Assembly (NCBI GenBank): GCA_937775205.1
Contig: CALKBX010000014.1
Coordinates: 1,054-65,053 of the forward strand
Direction: 5' to 3'
DNA length: 64,000 nt
Source of the DNA: an uncultured Verrucomicrobiae bacterium
GTDB taxonomy: Bacteria > Verrucomicrobiota > Verrucomicrobiia > Limisphaerales > UBA1100
Shown here piece by piece: positions 28,744 through 38,572 of the stretch (position 1 is its first letter; each line of letters starts with the position of its first letter). The position numbers were made by a program, and so were the translations under genes. Below the pieces are notes generated by a model. It did not search any database. It was not told the origin of the DNA and was given only the letters and a program-made list of their open reading frames with translations.

Positions 28744-29568
28744 ATGAACAAGGGCTCCGAAAGCAAAGATGCTAAATCCCGCAAAGCCGCCGCGCCCAGG
28801 GCGTTGCCGTTGCCCGTGGCCGTGCCCAAATGGCCGTTCCTGTTGGCTGATATTATTTTCATCGGGCTCGGCTATTGGATCAGCACACTCATCACCGGCC
28901 CCGCGCAGCAGTGGCACATCATCAGCATTTTGGTTTGCGCTGGATTGGGCGCGGCGTTTGCAGTGGCGCCGTTTTATTTTGAGTACCGCGCCGGGGCTAA
29001 GGCAGTGGAGATTGCCCAGCTCACCACCGTGGCCAAGGAGGTGAACAAAATGGAAACCGTGGCCGCGCAAATCGCCGAGGCCACCGAGCGCTGGAATGCT
29101 GTGCAGGAATCCTCCGGCCAAACCGCACAACTCGCCGAGGAGATAGCCACCGGCATCGCCGCCACGGTGAAGGAGCATCACGAGTTTATGGCCAAAGCCG
29201 GCACGGACGAACACGCCACTCTTAAGCTTGAAGTGGAAAAGTTGCGGCGCGCCGAGCAGGATTGGGCGGCGACATTGGTCGGTCAGTTGGATTTGGTTTA
29301 TCGCCTCGAACGCTCCGCTGCTGCATCCGGCAAAGAGCCCTTTATGCAAACGATGGCCACGTTCCAATCCCAATGCCGCGACCTCGCCAAGCGCGTGGGG
29401 CTCGTGGCATTTGAAGCGGAACCGGATGCCGCCTTCGACGCCGAACATCACGGCATGCTCGACAACGAATCCAAACCCGTCGATGGCGCAAAGGTCACCG
29501 AAACCCGCCTGCCCGGCATCCGTCTCCAAGGCCGGTTGATCCGCAAGCCTTTGGTGTCGGCGGCTTAG
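28744..29568 (+). CDS. Membrane-anchored protein with C-terminal GrpE-like domain
   Basis: Two TM helices, a coiled coil, then FDAEHH...PGIRLQGRLIRKPLV, similar to GrpE FDPxxH...GYxLxGRxxRPAxV. Confidence 0.7.
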   Translation: MNKGSESKDAKSRKAAAPRALPLPVAVPKWPFLLADIIFIGLGYWISTLITGPAQQWHIISILVCAGLGAAFAVAPFYFEYRAGAKAVEIAQLTTVAKEVNKMETVAAQIAEATERWNAVQESSGQTAQLAEEIATGIAATVKEHHEFMAKAGTDEHATLKLEVEKLRRAEQDWAATLVGQLDLVYRLERSAAASGKEPFMQTMATFQSQCRDLAKRVGLVAFEAEPDAAFDAEHHGMLDNESKPVDGAKVTETRLPGIRLQGRLIRKPLVSAA

Positions 29569-30335
29569 CCCGCCTTACGACTAGCATGCGCACATACACC
29601 GCGTTTGCTGGCGGTGATGAATTCTAATAATTCCCGCGTGCGGATGCCCACGGTTTCCTTCAGCAAATCCGCCGCCTTTTCGCCTTCCAAAAAAACGCGC
29701 CGATAATACGTTTTTATCTCCGTACGTTCTTCCGCGCTGATGTCCGCGCGACGGAGGCCGACGGTGTTGAGGCCGCATAATTTGTTCACACCAAACACCA
29801 TCGTGAAGGGCGGCAAATCCTGGCTCACCGCCGCGTTGCCCTGCATCATCGCCAGCGCGCCGATGCGCACAAACTGATGCACCGCGCAATTGCCGGAAAG
29901 AAATACGTGATCCGCAATCACCGCGTGCCCGCCCACGAGCGCGCCGTTGGCAAAAATGTTGTGGTCTCCTACCACCGCGTTGTGGCCCACGTGACTGGCC
30001 GCCATAAAAAAATTGTGGCTGCCAATGATAGTGTCCTCTTCGGGCGAATTGGATCGATGCAGCGTGACGTGTTCTCGAATCACATTGTCATCACCAATGC
30101 GCAGTCGCGTGGGTTCGCCGGTGTACTTCAAATCCTGCGGCGCTTCGCCAATCACCGCCCCGGCGTGGATGCGGTTGTTTTTGCCGAGCGATGTTTCGCC
30201 TGTAAGATGCGCGTGCGGCCCAATCTCGGAACCGGCGCCCACCGTCACGCCGGAGTCAATAACGGTGTACGGGCCCACGGTGACCGATTCGTGCAGTGTG
30301 GCTTTGGGGTGGATGATGGCGGTGAGGTGGATCAT
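29565..30335 (-). CDS. lpxA: Acyl-ACP--UDP-N-acetylglucosamine O-acyltransferase
   Basis: IGEAPQDLKY, IREHVT, SHVGHN, VHQFVRIG, GLNTVGLRR. Confidence 0.9.
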   Translation of the reverse strand: MIHLTAIIHPKATLHESVTVGPYTVIDSGVTVGAGSEIGPHAHLTGETSLGKNNRIHAGAVIGEAPQDLKYTGEPTRLRIGDDNVIREHVTLHRSNSPEEDTIIGSHNFFMAASHVGHNAVVGDHNIFANGALVGGHAVIADHVFLSGNCAVHQFVRIGALAMMQGNAAVSQDLPPFTMVFGVNKLCGLNTVGLRRADISAEERTEIKTYYRRVFLEGEKAADLLKETVGIRTRELLEFITASKRGVCAHASRKAG

Positions 30336-30349
30336 AAGAATGGGCGGGG

Positions 30350-30468
30350 AATGACCAATGACCAAAATCCAATACCCAAGGAATGACCAAATCCCAAGCC
30401 CCAAATTAGATTATTGAAATTTGGGAATTGGGTTTTCCTTGGTCATTGGGCCGTGAGATTTGGTCATT
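30350..30468. repeat. Heptamer-built palindromic repeat, copy 3
   Basis: AATGACCAATGACCAA...TTGGTCATT; contains the radC stop codon. Confidence 0.75.
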
Positions 30469-31174
30469 TATAAATGTACCCGTGCTCCTTCAGCGAAAAA
30501 TAATCGCGCTCGCGGTCGGTCGTGCGTTGGCCGAGAATGACGTGGTCGAGCACTTCAATTTTTAATAGCTGCCCGGCGCGCACGAGGTCGCGAGTAACAG
30601 TGATGTCGGCTTTGGACGGGGTGGGGTCGCCGCTGGGGTGGTTGTGCACGAGGATGACGGCGGAGGCATTGGCGGCCACGGCGTGGCGGAAGACGTCGCG
30701 CGGGTGAACGATGGCGGCGTCGAGCGTGCCGTTGGTGAGATGCACTTTGCGAATGAGCCGACGGCGTGTGTTCACGAAGATGGCATAAAAATGTTCGACC
30801 TTGTAGGGGCGGCATTCCTCGCGCAAAAAATTGGCAACGGATTCCGGCGTGTCGAGCACAGGCGCGGCTTCTCGAATTTCCGCAGCCATTCGGCGGGCGA
30901 GGGTGAAGGCGCTTTGCAGCGCGATCGCCTTGTCGCGGCCGATGCCTTTGATCGTTTGCAACTCCTCCAACGTCGCTTGGGATAGCGCACTGAGTGTTCC
31001 AAATTGGCGAACGAGTTCCGCGCCGACATCCACGGCGGATTTTCCTTGGAGGCCAGTGCGTAAAAGGATGGCGATGAGTTCAACATCCGAAAGCGCATCG
31101 GGGCCCAGCTCGGCCAATCGCTCTCGCGGGCGTTCGCGGTTGGGCAAATCCTTGATGCGCGTTGAAAGGGTCAC
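30464..31174 (-). CDS. radC: RadC family JAB-domain protein
   Basis: RPRERL, HhH GIGRDK, HNHPSGDPTPSKAD, LDHVI. Confidence 0.93.
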   Translation of the reverse strand: MTLSTRIKDLPNRERPRERLAELGPDALSDVELIAILLRTGLQGKSAVDVGAELVRQFGTLSALSQATLEELQTIKGIGRDKAIALQSAFTLARRMAAEIREAAPVLDTPESVANFLREECRPYKVEHFYAIFVNTRRRLIRKVHLTNGTLDAAIVHPRDVFRHAVAANASAVILVHNHPSGDPTPSKADITVTRDLVRAGQLLKIEVLDHVILGQRTTDRERDYFSLKEHGYIYK

Positions 31175-31213
31175 GGGGAAAGAATGGCCCCATTAATATT
31201 ATCGGCAAGTGTT

Positions 31214-32491
31214 TTATTCGGGCACGCGAAAGCGTGCAAACTCCGCGCGCGCGTGATCGGGGATGCGGGCTTTGAGGTGGACGGTGTCGCCTTCGTAGCG
31301 TTCCTCGTCCACTTGGCCGAGGGCGCGGATGCGAGCGAGCGTGGCGCCGTCGCTGGCGGGGACTTGCAGTTCCAAACAACTGCGCATCGGCCGCAGCATA
31401 ATGCCCAGCTCGGCTTGTAGCTCGTCGAGGCCTTCACCGGTCTTGGCGGAAACGCACACCGCGTGCGGGTATTCGGCCAACCAATGAAGGTTGCCGTTGC
31501 GACCGGGGATTTGGTCGATTTTGTTGAAGACCATCAGTGTCGGCTTGTCGTCCGCGGCAATTTCCTTGAGCACTTCGTTGACGGACGCAATTTGGTCGGC
31601 GGCTGATTCGCTGGAAACATCCACCACGTGCAACAGCAAATCCGCTTCCACGACTTCCTCGAGCGTGGCTTTGAATGATTCCACCAGTTGATGCGGCAGC
31701 TTGCGAATGAAACCCACTGTGTCGCTGAGGAGCGCGTTTTGATTGGTCGGCAAATTAATGCGTCGCGTGGTGGGATCGAGCGTGGCAAAGAGTTTATCCT
31801 CAGCCAACACTTCCGCGCCGGTGAGCGCGTTGAGAAGCGTAGACTTGCCGGCGTTGGTGTAGCCCACGATGGACGCCAGCGGCCATTGGCTGCGTTGGCG
31901 GCCTTGGCGCTGGGTTGAGCGCACGCGTTTTACTTCCTTCAAATCGCGGCGCAGTTTGGAGATGCGATCCTGGATTCGACGGCGATCCACCTCGAGCTGG
32001 CTCTCGCCATCGCCGCGCATTCCGATGCCGCCTTTTTGCCGCGAAAGGTGCGTCCACAAACCTGTGAGCCTCGGCAGGATGTGTTGCAGCTGCGCCATTT
32101 CGATTTGCATTTTGCCTTCCCGCGTTCGGGCGCGTTGGGCGAAAATGTCAAGGATGAGCGCGGTGCGATCGAGCACTTTGCAGTCGAACACGCTCACGAG
32201 ATTACGCGTTTGGGCGGGCGAAAGTTCGTCATCAAAAATGACGGTGTCGACGTCGCCTTGTTTGCAGATTTCGGCAAATTCGTTTGCCTTGCCTTTGCCG
32301 ATGTACGTTGCGGCGTGGGGACGGTCGAGGCGTTGGGTGCCTTCGCCGATGATTTTCGCGCCAGCGGTGCGGGCGAGTTCGGCCAGTTCGGCCATCGTTT
32401 CCGTGAGGTCCGCGCCGGTGCGTTTGCTCAGTTGCGCACCGATGAGGAAGACGCGTTCCGTGGCTCCGATTTGTTCTGCGAGGGCTTTCAC
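31214..32491 (-). CDS. hflX: GTPase HflX
   Basis: GYTNAGKST, LFATLDPT, DTVGF, NKID. Confidence 0.95.
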   Translation of the reverse strand: MKALAEQIGATERVFLIGAQLSKRTGADLTETMAELAELARTAGAKIIGEGTQRLDRPHAATYIGKGKANEFAEICKQGDVDTVIFDDELSPAQTRNLVSVFDCKVLDRTALILDIFAQRARTREGKMQIEMAQLQHILPRLTGLWTHLSRQKGGIGMRGDGESQLEVDRRRIQDRISKLRRDLKEVKRVRSTQRQGRQRSQWPLASIVGYTNAGKSTLLNALTGAEVLAEDKLFATLDPTTRRINLPTNQNALLSDTVGFIRKLPHQLVESFKATLEEVVEADLLLHVVDVSSESAADQIASVNEVLKEIAADDKPTLMVFNKIDQIPGRNGNLHWLAEYPHAVCVSAKTGEGLDELQAELGIMLRPMRSCLELQVPASDGATLARIRALGQVDEERYEGDTVHLKARIPDHARAEFARFRVPE

Positions 32492-33372
32492 GTGATTTTC
32501 TCAATCAATCTCCGCGCCGTTTCCGCCGCCGGTTCGTTGGCGGGCACGGTCAGCGTTTGGGTTCCGTGCAGTTTGCGGAACCACGTCATTTGTCTGCGAG
32601 CGAATTGCCATGTGCGTGATTTAACCAAAGCAACCGTTTCCGGCAAGCCTTGTTCGTCGTTGAGGTGCCCAATAACCTGTCGATATCCGAGGGCTTGTTG
32701 CGCGACGGGGTTACCTTCCAAGGCTAAGCGCAGCGAACAAGTTTCTGCCACCAAGCCGGCGGAAAACATCGCGTCCACGCGCGTGTCGATGCGATGGCGC
32801 AAATCTTCGCGGTCGCGTTCGAGCAGGAAAAAATTTTGCGGCACTTGGCCGGTCCACTCGGCGCGTTGTTCGGAAAAGGGTTTGCCCGTGAGGCGAATGA
32901 CTTCAACCGCGCGCGTGACGCGACGGCGATTTTGGCGGTCGATGGTTTCGTGCGTGGCGGGATCGTGTTCGAGCAATTCAGCGACGAGGGTTTCCAACTC
33001 CATCGTTGCCAACTCCGTTCGCAGGGTTGCGTTTGCTTGCGGCGAATCGCCCAAGCCTTCGAGCCACGCGCTGAAATATAATCCGGTGCCGCCACAAAAA
33101 ACCGTGCGCTTGGTTTTTTGGATGAGCGGTTTGGTGCGCGTCACGAAACTGGCCGCATCAAACGATTCGGTTAACTCAAGAATGTCGATGTGGTGATGCG
33201 GGATGCGCGCGCGTTCTTCGGCCGTGGGCTTGGCGGTACCGAGATCCAGCCCGCGATAGACTTGCATTGAATCGACGGAAATAATTTCGCCGTGAAGCTG
33301 TTGGGCGACCTCGAGTGCCACGGCGGATTTCCCGCTGGCGGTGGGGCCGGCGATGAAGGCGGGGGCACCCAT
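32488..33372 (-). CDS. miaA: tRNA dimethylallyltransferase
   Basis: GPTASGKS, DSMQVYRGLDLGTAKP, GGTGLY, ARRQMTW. Confidence 0.95.
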   Translation of the reverse strand: MGAPAFIAGPTASGKSAVALEVAQQLHGEIISVDSMQVYRGLDLGTAKPTAEERARIPHHHIDILELTESFDAASFVTRTKPLIQKTKRTVFCGGTGLYFSAWLEGLGDSPQANATLRTELATMELETLVAELLEHDPATHETIDRQNRRRVTRAVEVIRLTGKPFSEQRAEWTGQVPQNFFLLERDREDLRHRIDTRVDAMFSAGLVAETCSLRLALEGNPVAQQALGYRQVIGHLNDEQGLPETVALVKSRTWQFARRQMTWFRKLHGTQTLTVPANEPAAETARRLIEKIT

Positions 33373-33375
33373 CGT

Positions 33376-33934
33376 TTAGGATTCCTTTTCGGTGCTTCTC
33401 TCCTCGTCCGGTCGTTCCTTCGCGCCATGCGAGAAGGAAGAGCAATCCCACCCCAATGCAAATGCCCATGTCGGCAATGTTGAAGGCGGGATAGCCCAGC
33501 TTGGAGCCATCGCTACGGATAAGATAAAATCTTACGAAATCGATTACGTATTGATACGCCACGCGATCGATGAGGTTGCCAAGGATGCCGCCGATGAGCA
33601 GTCCGATGGCGAGCTTGCCGGTGGGGGTGTGGGTTTCGAAATGGTGGCGATACTTGATGAGCGCAATCAGTGCCACCACGGAAAGCGCGGCAAGCGGCAG
33701 ACTGCTGCCTTCGAACATGCTCCAGGCGGCGCCGGAGTTGTGCCAGCGCACAAAACTGAGAAACCCTTCGATGACGACCTTGTTGATTCGCCTTTTCCGA
33801 GAGCGACGGATGACCAGCTGCTTGGTGATTTGATCGGCGACCAACACGATGGCGGCCGTGGTGAGGATTCGTTTTTCCTGGAAGAACGAAACCCGCTCGC
33901 TGCGGGGAGGCGCTTCTGCCTTGGTTTCGTCCAT
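33376..33934 (-). CDS. lspA: Lipoprotein signal peptidase II (probable frameshift near 33420)
   Basis: DQITK, NSGAAWS, GNLIDR, VIDF, FNIAD. An alternative frame ends ...KERPDEERSTEKES* just before miaA. Confidence 0.9.
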
Positions 33935-33939
33935 GCCGG

Positions 33940-35043
33940 CTAGTGCGTGCGCATCGGCATCAGCACGTAGAGGAAGGGGGTGTTGCTCTTGAGCACGCCG
34001 GGGCTGAGGCTGTCGGTAAGCTCAAAAAATACTTCGTCTCCCTCGAGCACTTTGAGGGGGTCCATGAGGAACGTGGGATTGAAAGCTACTTCGATTTCGG
34101 GGCCTTTGTATTTGATGGCGATGGACTCGCGCCCGGATCCGATGTCGGGGGTGTTGGCGGTGATGGCGAGGTTGTCATTGGCGAAGGTGAGCTTCACGGA
34201 ATTCGCTTTGTCGCTGGTGATTTGATCGGCGCGGCGCAGTGCGTGATGCAGCTCCTCCTTGCCGAGCGTGATGCGCTCTTTGAATTCACCGGGGATGACT
34301 TGTTTGAAATTCGGATAATTCCCTTCCACCAGTTTGCTGTGCAGCACAATGGCTTCGCCGCCTTCCTGCGGGAGCGTGAATTCCACGTGCGTGTCTCCGA
34401 GGCGAATTTCCACGTCGCCTGTGCTTTGCAACAAGCGCTGCAGTTCGGCCACCGCTTTGTTGGGCAAAATAAATTCCGCTTTGGTTCCGCCTTCGATTTC
34501 CTCTTCCACCAATGCGAGTCGGCGTCCGTCCGTGGCCACGAGCGTAAGGCGGTCGGGCGTGATGACGATGTTGATTCCGTTGAGCACGTGGCGCGATTCA
34601 TCCGTGCTCACGGCGTAGCCGGTTTTGCGAATCATTTCCTTGAACTTCGCCTGCGGCACTTTCACTTTGCCGCTCTCCTTGAACTTCGCCTGCTGCGGAT
34701 ACTCATCCGCTCCAATCCCGTTGAGCTTGTACTTCGACGCGCCGGCCTGGACGGTGGCCACCTCTTTGTCGCTCACTTCGATTTCTATTTCGCTCGCCTC
34801 AATTTCGCGCACCAAGCCAAAGAGCCGTTTGGCCGGCATCGAGGTGGCGCCCTCGCGCTCCACTTCGGCGGGCACGGATGCGTGCACGCTCACCTCAAGA
34901 TCGGTGGCGCGCAGCTCCAGCCGTTTTTCGCCGGCGACGAGCAGCACGTTGGAAAGAATGGGGAGCGTCGAGCGAGCGCCCACAACATTTTGGACCGCCT
35001 GCAATCCGCTGGCCAGGTCGTCTTTGGTTACCGAGATTTTCAC
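33940..35043 (-). CDS. dnaN: DNA polymerase III beta clamp
   Basis: STLPILSNVLL, ATDLE, VATDGRRL, GNYPNF, VLMPMR. Confidence 0.96.
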   Translation of the reverse strand: MKISVTKDDLASGLQAVQNVVGARSTLPILSNVLLVAGEKRLELRATDLEVSVHASVPAEVEREGATSMPAKRLFGLVREIEASEIEIEVSDKEVATVQAGASKYKLNGIGADEYPQQAKFKESGKVKVPQAKFKEMIRKTGYAVSTDESRHVLNGINIVITPDRLTLVATDGRRLALVEEEIEGGTKAEFILPNKAVAELQRLLQSTGDVEIRLGDTHVEFTLPQEGGEAIVLHSKLVEGNYPNFKQVIPGEFKERITLGKEELHHALRRADQITSDKANSVKLTFANDNLAITANTPDIGSGRESIAIKYKGPEIEVAFNPTFLMDPLKVLEGDEVFFELTDSLSPGVLKSNTPFLYVLMPMRTH

Positions 35044-35236
35044 AAAGTCTAATTAGATGAATGTTTCAAACAGTATAACACTATTATTAAGAGCCGTGGA
35101 TAAGGCAAACAACCCTCGGAGTCAAGGCGGAGTGGGGGAAAAAAGCCAGAAATTTCGACACACGGCTGTGGATAAAAATGTTGGCAAAAACTGGCAAGTC
35201 GCAAAAGTTGGGGAAAACAGAGTTGATGGGGTCTTT
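35044..35236. other. Candidate replication origin (DnaA boxes plus AT-rich unwinding element)
   Basis: TGTGGATAA 35167-35175, CGTGGATAA 35095-35103 and TGGGGAAAA 35209-35217, with an AT-rich tract at 35050-35090 upstream of dnaN. Confidence 0.65.
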
Positions 35237-36409
35237 TCATCGAGTGATCCCCATCTTATTACCCGATCGACAACGCGCCACAACGCGCGGGATTATTTCA
35301 CAAGCGGCGGCAATGTCGACATCCGTCGTTTCACGCCCCAGCGAAAGCCGCACCAACGCATTGGCCTCGGCGGGCGGTGCTCCCATAGCGAGCGCCACGT
35401 GCGACGGAGTGACCGAACCGCTGGCGCACGCCGAGCCGGCCGAAGCGCAAACGCCTTCCAAATCCAACCCGCTCAAGAGCGCGATGCTATCTGTGCCTTC
35501 AACGGTAAAGGAAATGGTGTTGGTCAAACGATTGGCGGAATCGCGATCGCCAAGGAAAGTTGAGCCTTCGGTGGCATCCACCATTTCAATTAAGTTCCCC
35601 GCGAGCGGGGCTAGGGTTTCCATTGGGAAAATCGGGTTGGGGAGAAACCGCACAATTGCCTCGGCGAGGCCGATGATGCCGGGGAGATTTTCGGTGCCCG
35701 CGCGGCGTTCGTTTTCGTGCGGCGCGCCGTGCACGATGGGGTCGGGCATCAATGGCGATTTGGCGTATAGCAAACCCGCACCATTGGGGCCGTGGAACTT
35801 ATGGGCGCACAGCGAAACCAAATCCGCATTGAATTCGGCGATGCCATTCATCGCCATTTTGCCAAAGCACTGCACGGCGTCCGTGTGGAAAACTACGCCC
35901 TTATCGGTACAAAGTTCACCAATTTCCGCCACCGGCTGGAGCGTGCCCACCTCGTTATTGGCGGCCATAATGCTGACCAAAACCGTATCGGACCGCAACG
36001 CCTCGCGGACGGACTCCACGGCCACGCGACCGGCGGAATCCACGGGGAGAAAAGTGACCTCAAAACCCTCGTTATTCGCAAGATATTCACAAGGAGACAG
36101 CACCGCGTGATGTTCCACGGCGGAGGTGATGATGTGCCGCCCATTGTCGCGCAGTTGCCGCGCCATTCCGTGCAAAGCGAGGTTGGTGCTTTCGCTGCCG
36201 CCGCTGGTGAAAATGATTTCGCTGGGCTTGCACTTCAGCGTGTCGGCGACGCGATCGCGCGCGTCATCCAGCAACGACCGTGCGCGTTGCCCCACATGAT
36301 GCACACTGGAAGGATTGCCCCAAACCTCATCGAGGATCGGTAACATCGCTGCGCGCACGTCGGCATCCAGCGGAGTGGTGGCGTTGTAATCCAAATAAAT
36401 CGTGCGCAC
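35237..36409 (-). CDS. iscS: Cysteine desulfurase
   Basis: YLDYNATTP, GNPSS, ANNEVG, DAVQ, HKFHGP, SAGSAC, VRLSLG. Confidence 0.93.
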   Translation of the reverse strand: MRTIYLDYNATTPLDADVRAAMLPILDEVWGNPSSVHHVGQRARSLLDDARDRVADTLKCKPSEIIFTSGGSESTNLALHGMARQLRDNGRHIITSAVEHHAVLSPCEYLANNEGFEVTFLPVDSAGRVAVESVREALRSDTVLVSIMAANNEVGTLQPVAEIGELCTDKGVVFHTDAVQCFGKMAMNGIAEFNADLVSLCAHKFHGPNGAGLLYAKSPLMPDPIVHGAPHENERRAGTENLPGIIGLAEAIVRFLPNPIFPMETLAPLAGNLIEMVDATEGSTFLGDRDSANRLTNTISFTVEGTDSIALLSGLDLEGVCASAGSACASGSVTPSHVALAMGAPPAEANALVRLSLGRETTDVDIAAACEIIPRVVARCRSGNKMGITR

Positions 36410-36438
36410 GCCCCGTGTTTACTCCATACTTCGCGCCG

Positions 36439-37251
36439 ATGCCAGACTGGCTTCAAGTCATCCTGTTGGGCGTGGTGGAAGGCATCACGGAATTCCTACC
36501 CGTTTCGTCGACGGGCCATCTGTTGTTGGCAGAGCCGTGGCTAGGCGCGCGTCCGGATCACTTCACCATTTGCATCCAAAGCGGCGCGGTGTTGGCAGTG
36601 CTCGCAGTTTTCCGCGAACGCGTGCGTTCTCTCTGGGAAAAAAGGAGCGAGGCCGAAACCCAGGATTACCTCAAAAAGCTCGGTTTTTCCTTTGTTTTAA
36701 CAGGGTTCGGCGGATTGGCTCTCAAAGCCGCCGGATGGGAATTGCCCAACACAATCGCCCCCATCGGCTGGGCGTTGCTCATCGGCGGACTGCTCTTCAT
36801 CGCGTACGAACTGCGCCAACCAAAGAAAGTTGAGAGCGATGCTGAAGAAAACAAACCATTAAGCCTCACGTGGACAATCGCGATTGCCTTTGGCTTGGCG
36901 CAGTTGGTGGCGATGGTTTTCCCCGGCGCTTCGCGCAGTGGCGCGACGATTTTGATTGGCCTCATCCTCGGGATGGCGCGGCGCGATGCGGTTGAGTTTT
37001 CATTTTTGCTTGGCGTGCCCACCTTGCTCGCCGCGGGCGGATACGAACTCGCTTCAGCGTTAAAGGAAAACTCAAACGCCGTAATCAGCGAATGGAACAC
37101 CCTCTTGCTCGGCACCGCGGCCTCGGCGGTGACGGCGTTCATCGTGGTGAATTGGTTGCTCGGCTATTTGCAACGGAACACGTTTATGGCGTTCGGTTGG
37201 TACCGATTTGGCGCAGGGCTTTTGGTGCTCGGGATGGCGGCAATGGCTTGA
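36439..37251 (+). CDS. uppP: Undecaprenyl-diphosphate phosphatase
   Basis: GVVEGITEFLPVSSTGH, PGASRSGATI, EFSFLL. Confidence 0.95.
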   Translation: MPDWLQVILLGVVEGITEFLPVSSTGHLLLAEPWLGARPDHFTICIQSGAVLAVLAVFRERVRSLWEKRSEAETQDYLKKLGFSFVLTGFGGLALKAAGWELPNTIAPIGWALLIGGLLFIAYELRQPKKVESDAEENKPLSLTWTIAIAFGLAQLVAMVFPGASRSGATILIGLILGMARRDAVEFSFLLGVPTLLAAGGYELASALKENSNAVISEWNTLLLGTAASAVTAFIVVNWLLGYLQRNTFMAFGWYRFGAGLLVLGMAAMA

Positions 37252-37326
37252 GTGAAAACAGCGGAAAAGGCCAATTGTGTACAAATCGGACTTTTTCACC
37301 GATTTATCCACAGGCAAAAAAGAGGG

Positions 37327-38469
37327 TCAAAATTCGTAGATGAAATTGAGGTGAAACCCTTGGTTATTGTGGCGGCCATTGACGGGTTCATCGGTGTTAT
37401 CCCAGCGGTATTCAAGGCGCGAGATGACGTTTTCCCAGATTTTGTAATTCAGCGTGAGCGTGAGGCTCTGGCCGTCGGTTTGTTCGGCGGCGCTTTCGCC
37501 AGAATACAGTTTTGCGCCTTCCTGATAAATCTCCGCGCGGGCGGAGAGCGTGAGGTCATCGGAAAGCGTGCGGCCCACGTACAGGCCAAACACCGAGTCA
37601 TCATTGCCTGCGCCGGGCAAGATGCGCGAGTCGTGCGTGAGGCTGAGATTCCACTTCTCGGAATTGGGAAGCAAACCCAGCCCGAGCGAAAGATTTTGGA
37701 TGGGATTGCTCCCCGTTCGGGCGCGGCCATTCACGTAGCCCAATGAAAAACGCGAGCCGCCCAAGGGCCCGAGCGCCTCGGGTAGTTCCCACATCAAACC
37801 GGCAAGCAACGTCTTGCGGTCGGCATTGGCGGGGGTGCCGTTGATGCGGGGATCGTTGGTGTTCGCCACGCCGAGGGCGATTTGGTAGCGGCTGTCCCAT
37901 TCATAAAGCGGATCCACCCCCGGCCGCCCCGTGCCCGGAAAAAAAGCAAGGATGCCCGTGTGCACGGTCGGTTGAATGGTGTAGCCCCACGAGCGCGTGT
38001 AGTGCGCGTTGGCATTGTGATCGGGTGACTCAAAGCCGACGATGGAATTAAAAGTGCCGATGCGCAGATCAAGGCTGGAGGTCTCGCCCGCGGTGAGTGG
38101 GTTGACCAAAGGAAAGCGAAGATCCAAATACGCCTGCCGCAACTCCGCGGAATTCGAAGTGGAGCCCGTCTCCAAATCACTCGCATCCGGCCCGAGCCAA
38201 AGGTCCACGCGATAGCCCGAATCCAAAAGCCAATTCTCCATCGGTCGATGCAGCGAGAGCGCTACCACATCCAGCGAAAACGCATTTGCGCGACTCGTGG
38301 TGCCCGAGAGCCCATAAGCGAAATTCCCCGGGCTCGGGCCCCAACGATACCCCGTGCTCACATACCCCGACAGCGTCGCCGAAGCCGCCAACGCCGGAGC
38401 GGTCACTGCCGCATCCTGCGCCCGAGCCGAGCCAATTAAAATAAAGACCAACAGAACCAATCCACGCAT
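37327..38469 (-). CDS. Outer-membrane beta-barrel protein (BBP2/DUF1597-like porin)
   Basis: Signal peptide, LSGYVSTGY, ELRQAY, GTFNSIVGFE, PTVHTG, terminal YEF. Confidence 0.8.
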   Translation of the reverse strand: MRGLVLLVFILIGSARAQDAAVTAPALAASATLSGYVSTGYRWGPSPGNFAYGLSGTTSRANAFSLDVVALSLHRPMENWLLDSGYRVDLWLGPDASDLETGSTSNSAELRQAYLDLRFPLVNPLTAGETSSLDLRIGTFNSIVGFESPDHNANAHYTRSWGYTIQPTVHTGILAFFPGTGRPGVDPLYEWDSRYQIALGVANTNDPRINGTPANADRKTLLAGLMWELPEALGPLGGSRFSLGYVNGRARTGSNPIQNLSLGLGLLPNSEKWNLSLTHDSRILPGAGNDDSVFGLYVGRTLSDDLTLSARAEIYQEGAKLYSGESAAEQTDGQSLTLTLNYKIWENVISRLEYRWDNTDEPVNGRHNNQGFHLNFIYEF

Positions 38470-38520
38470 CCAAACCTCCAACCCCATTAAGCACCCAACT
38501 CTTACGCGCATCAAGGCATT

Positions 38521-38553
38521 AAAAAAACCCCTCCGGTTTCCCGAAGGGGTTTC
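38521..38553 (-). terminator. Rho-independent terminator of the upstream porin
   Basis: GAAACCCCTTCGG-GAAA-CCGGAGGGGTTTTTTT on the minus strand. Confidence 0.8.
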
Positions 38554-38572
38554 AAAGGTTTCTAACGGTTAA

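Noticed and set aside
30464-31174. radC as a marker of a mobile element
   Set aside because: Full-length HhH plus JAB chromosomal form among housekeeping genes, with no mobility genes nearby.
33176-33375. LspA extension overlapping miaA by ~200 nt
   Set aside because: Better explained by a one-base frameshift near 33420, with the natural stop at 33376.
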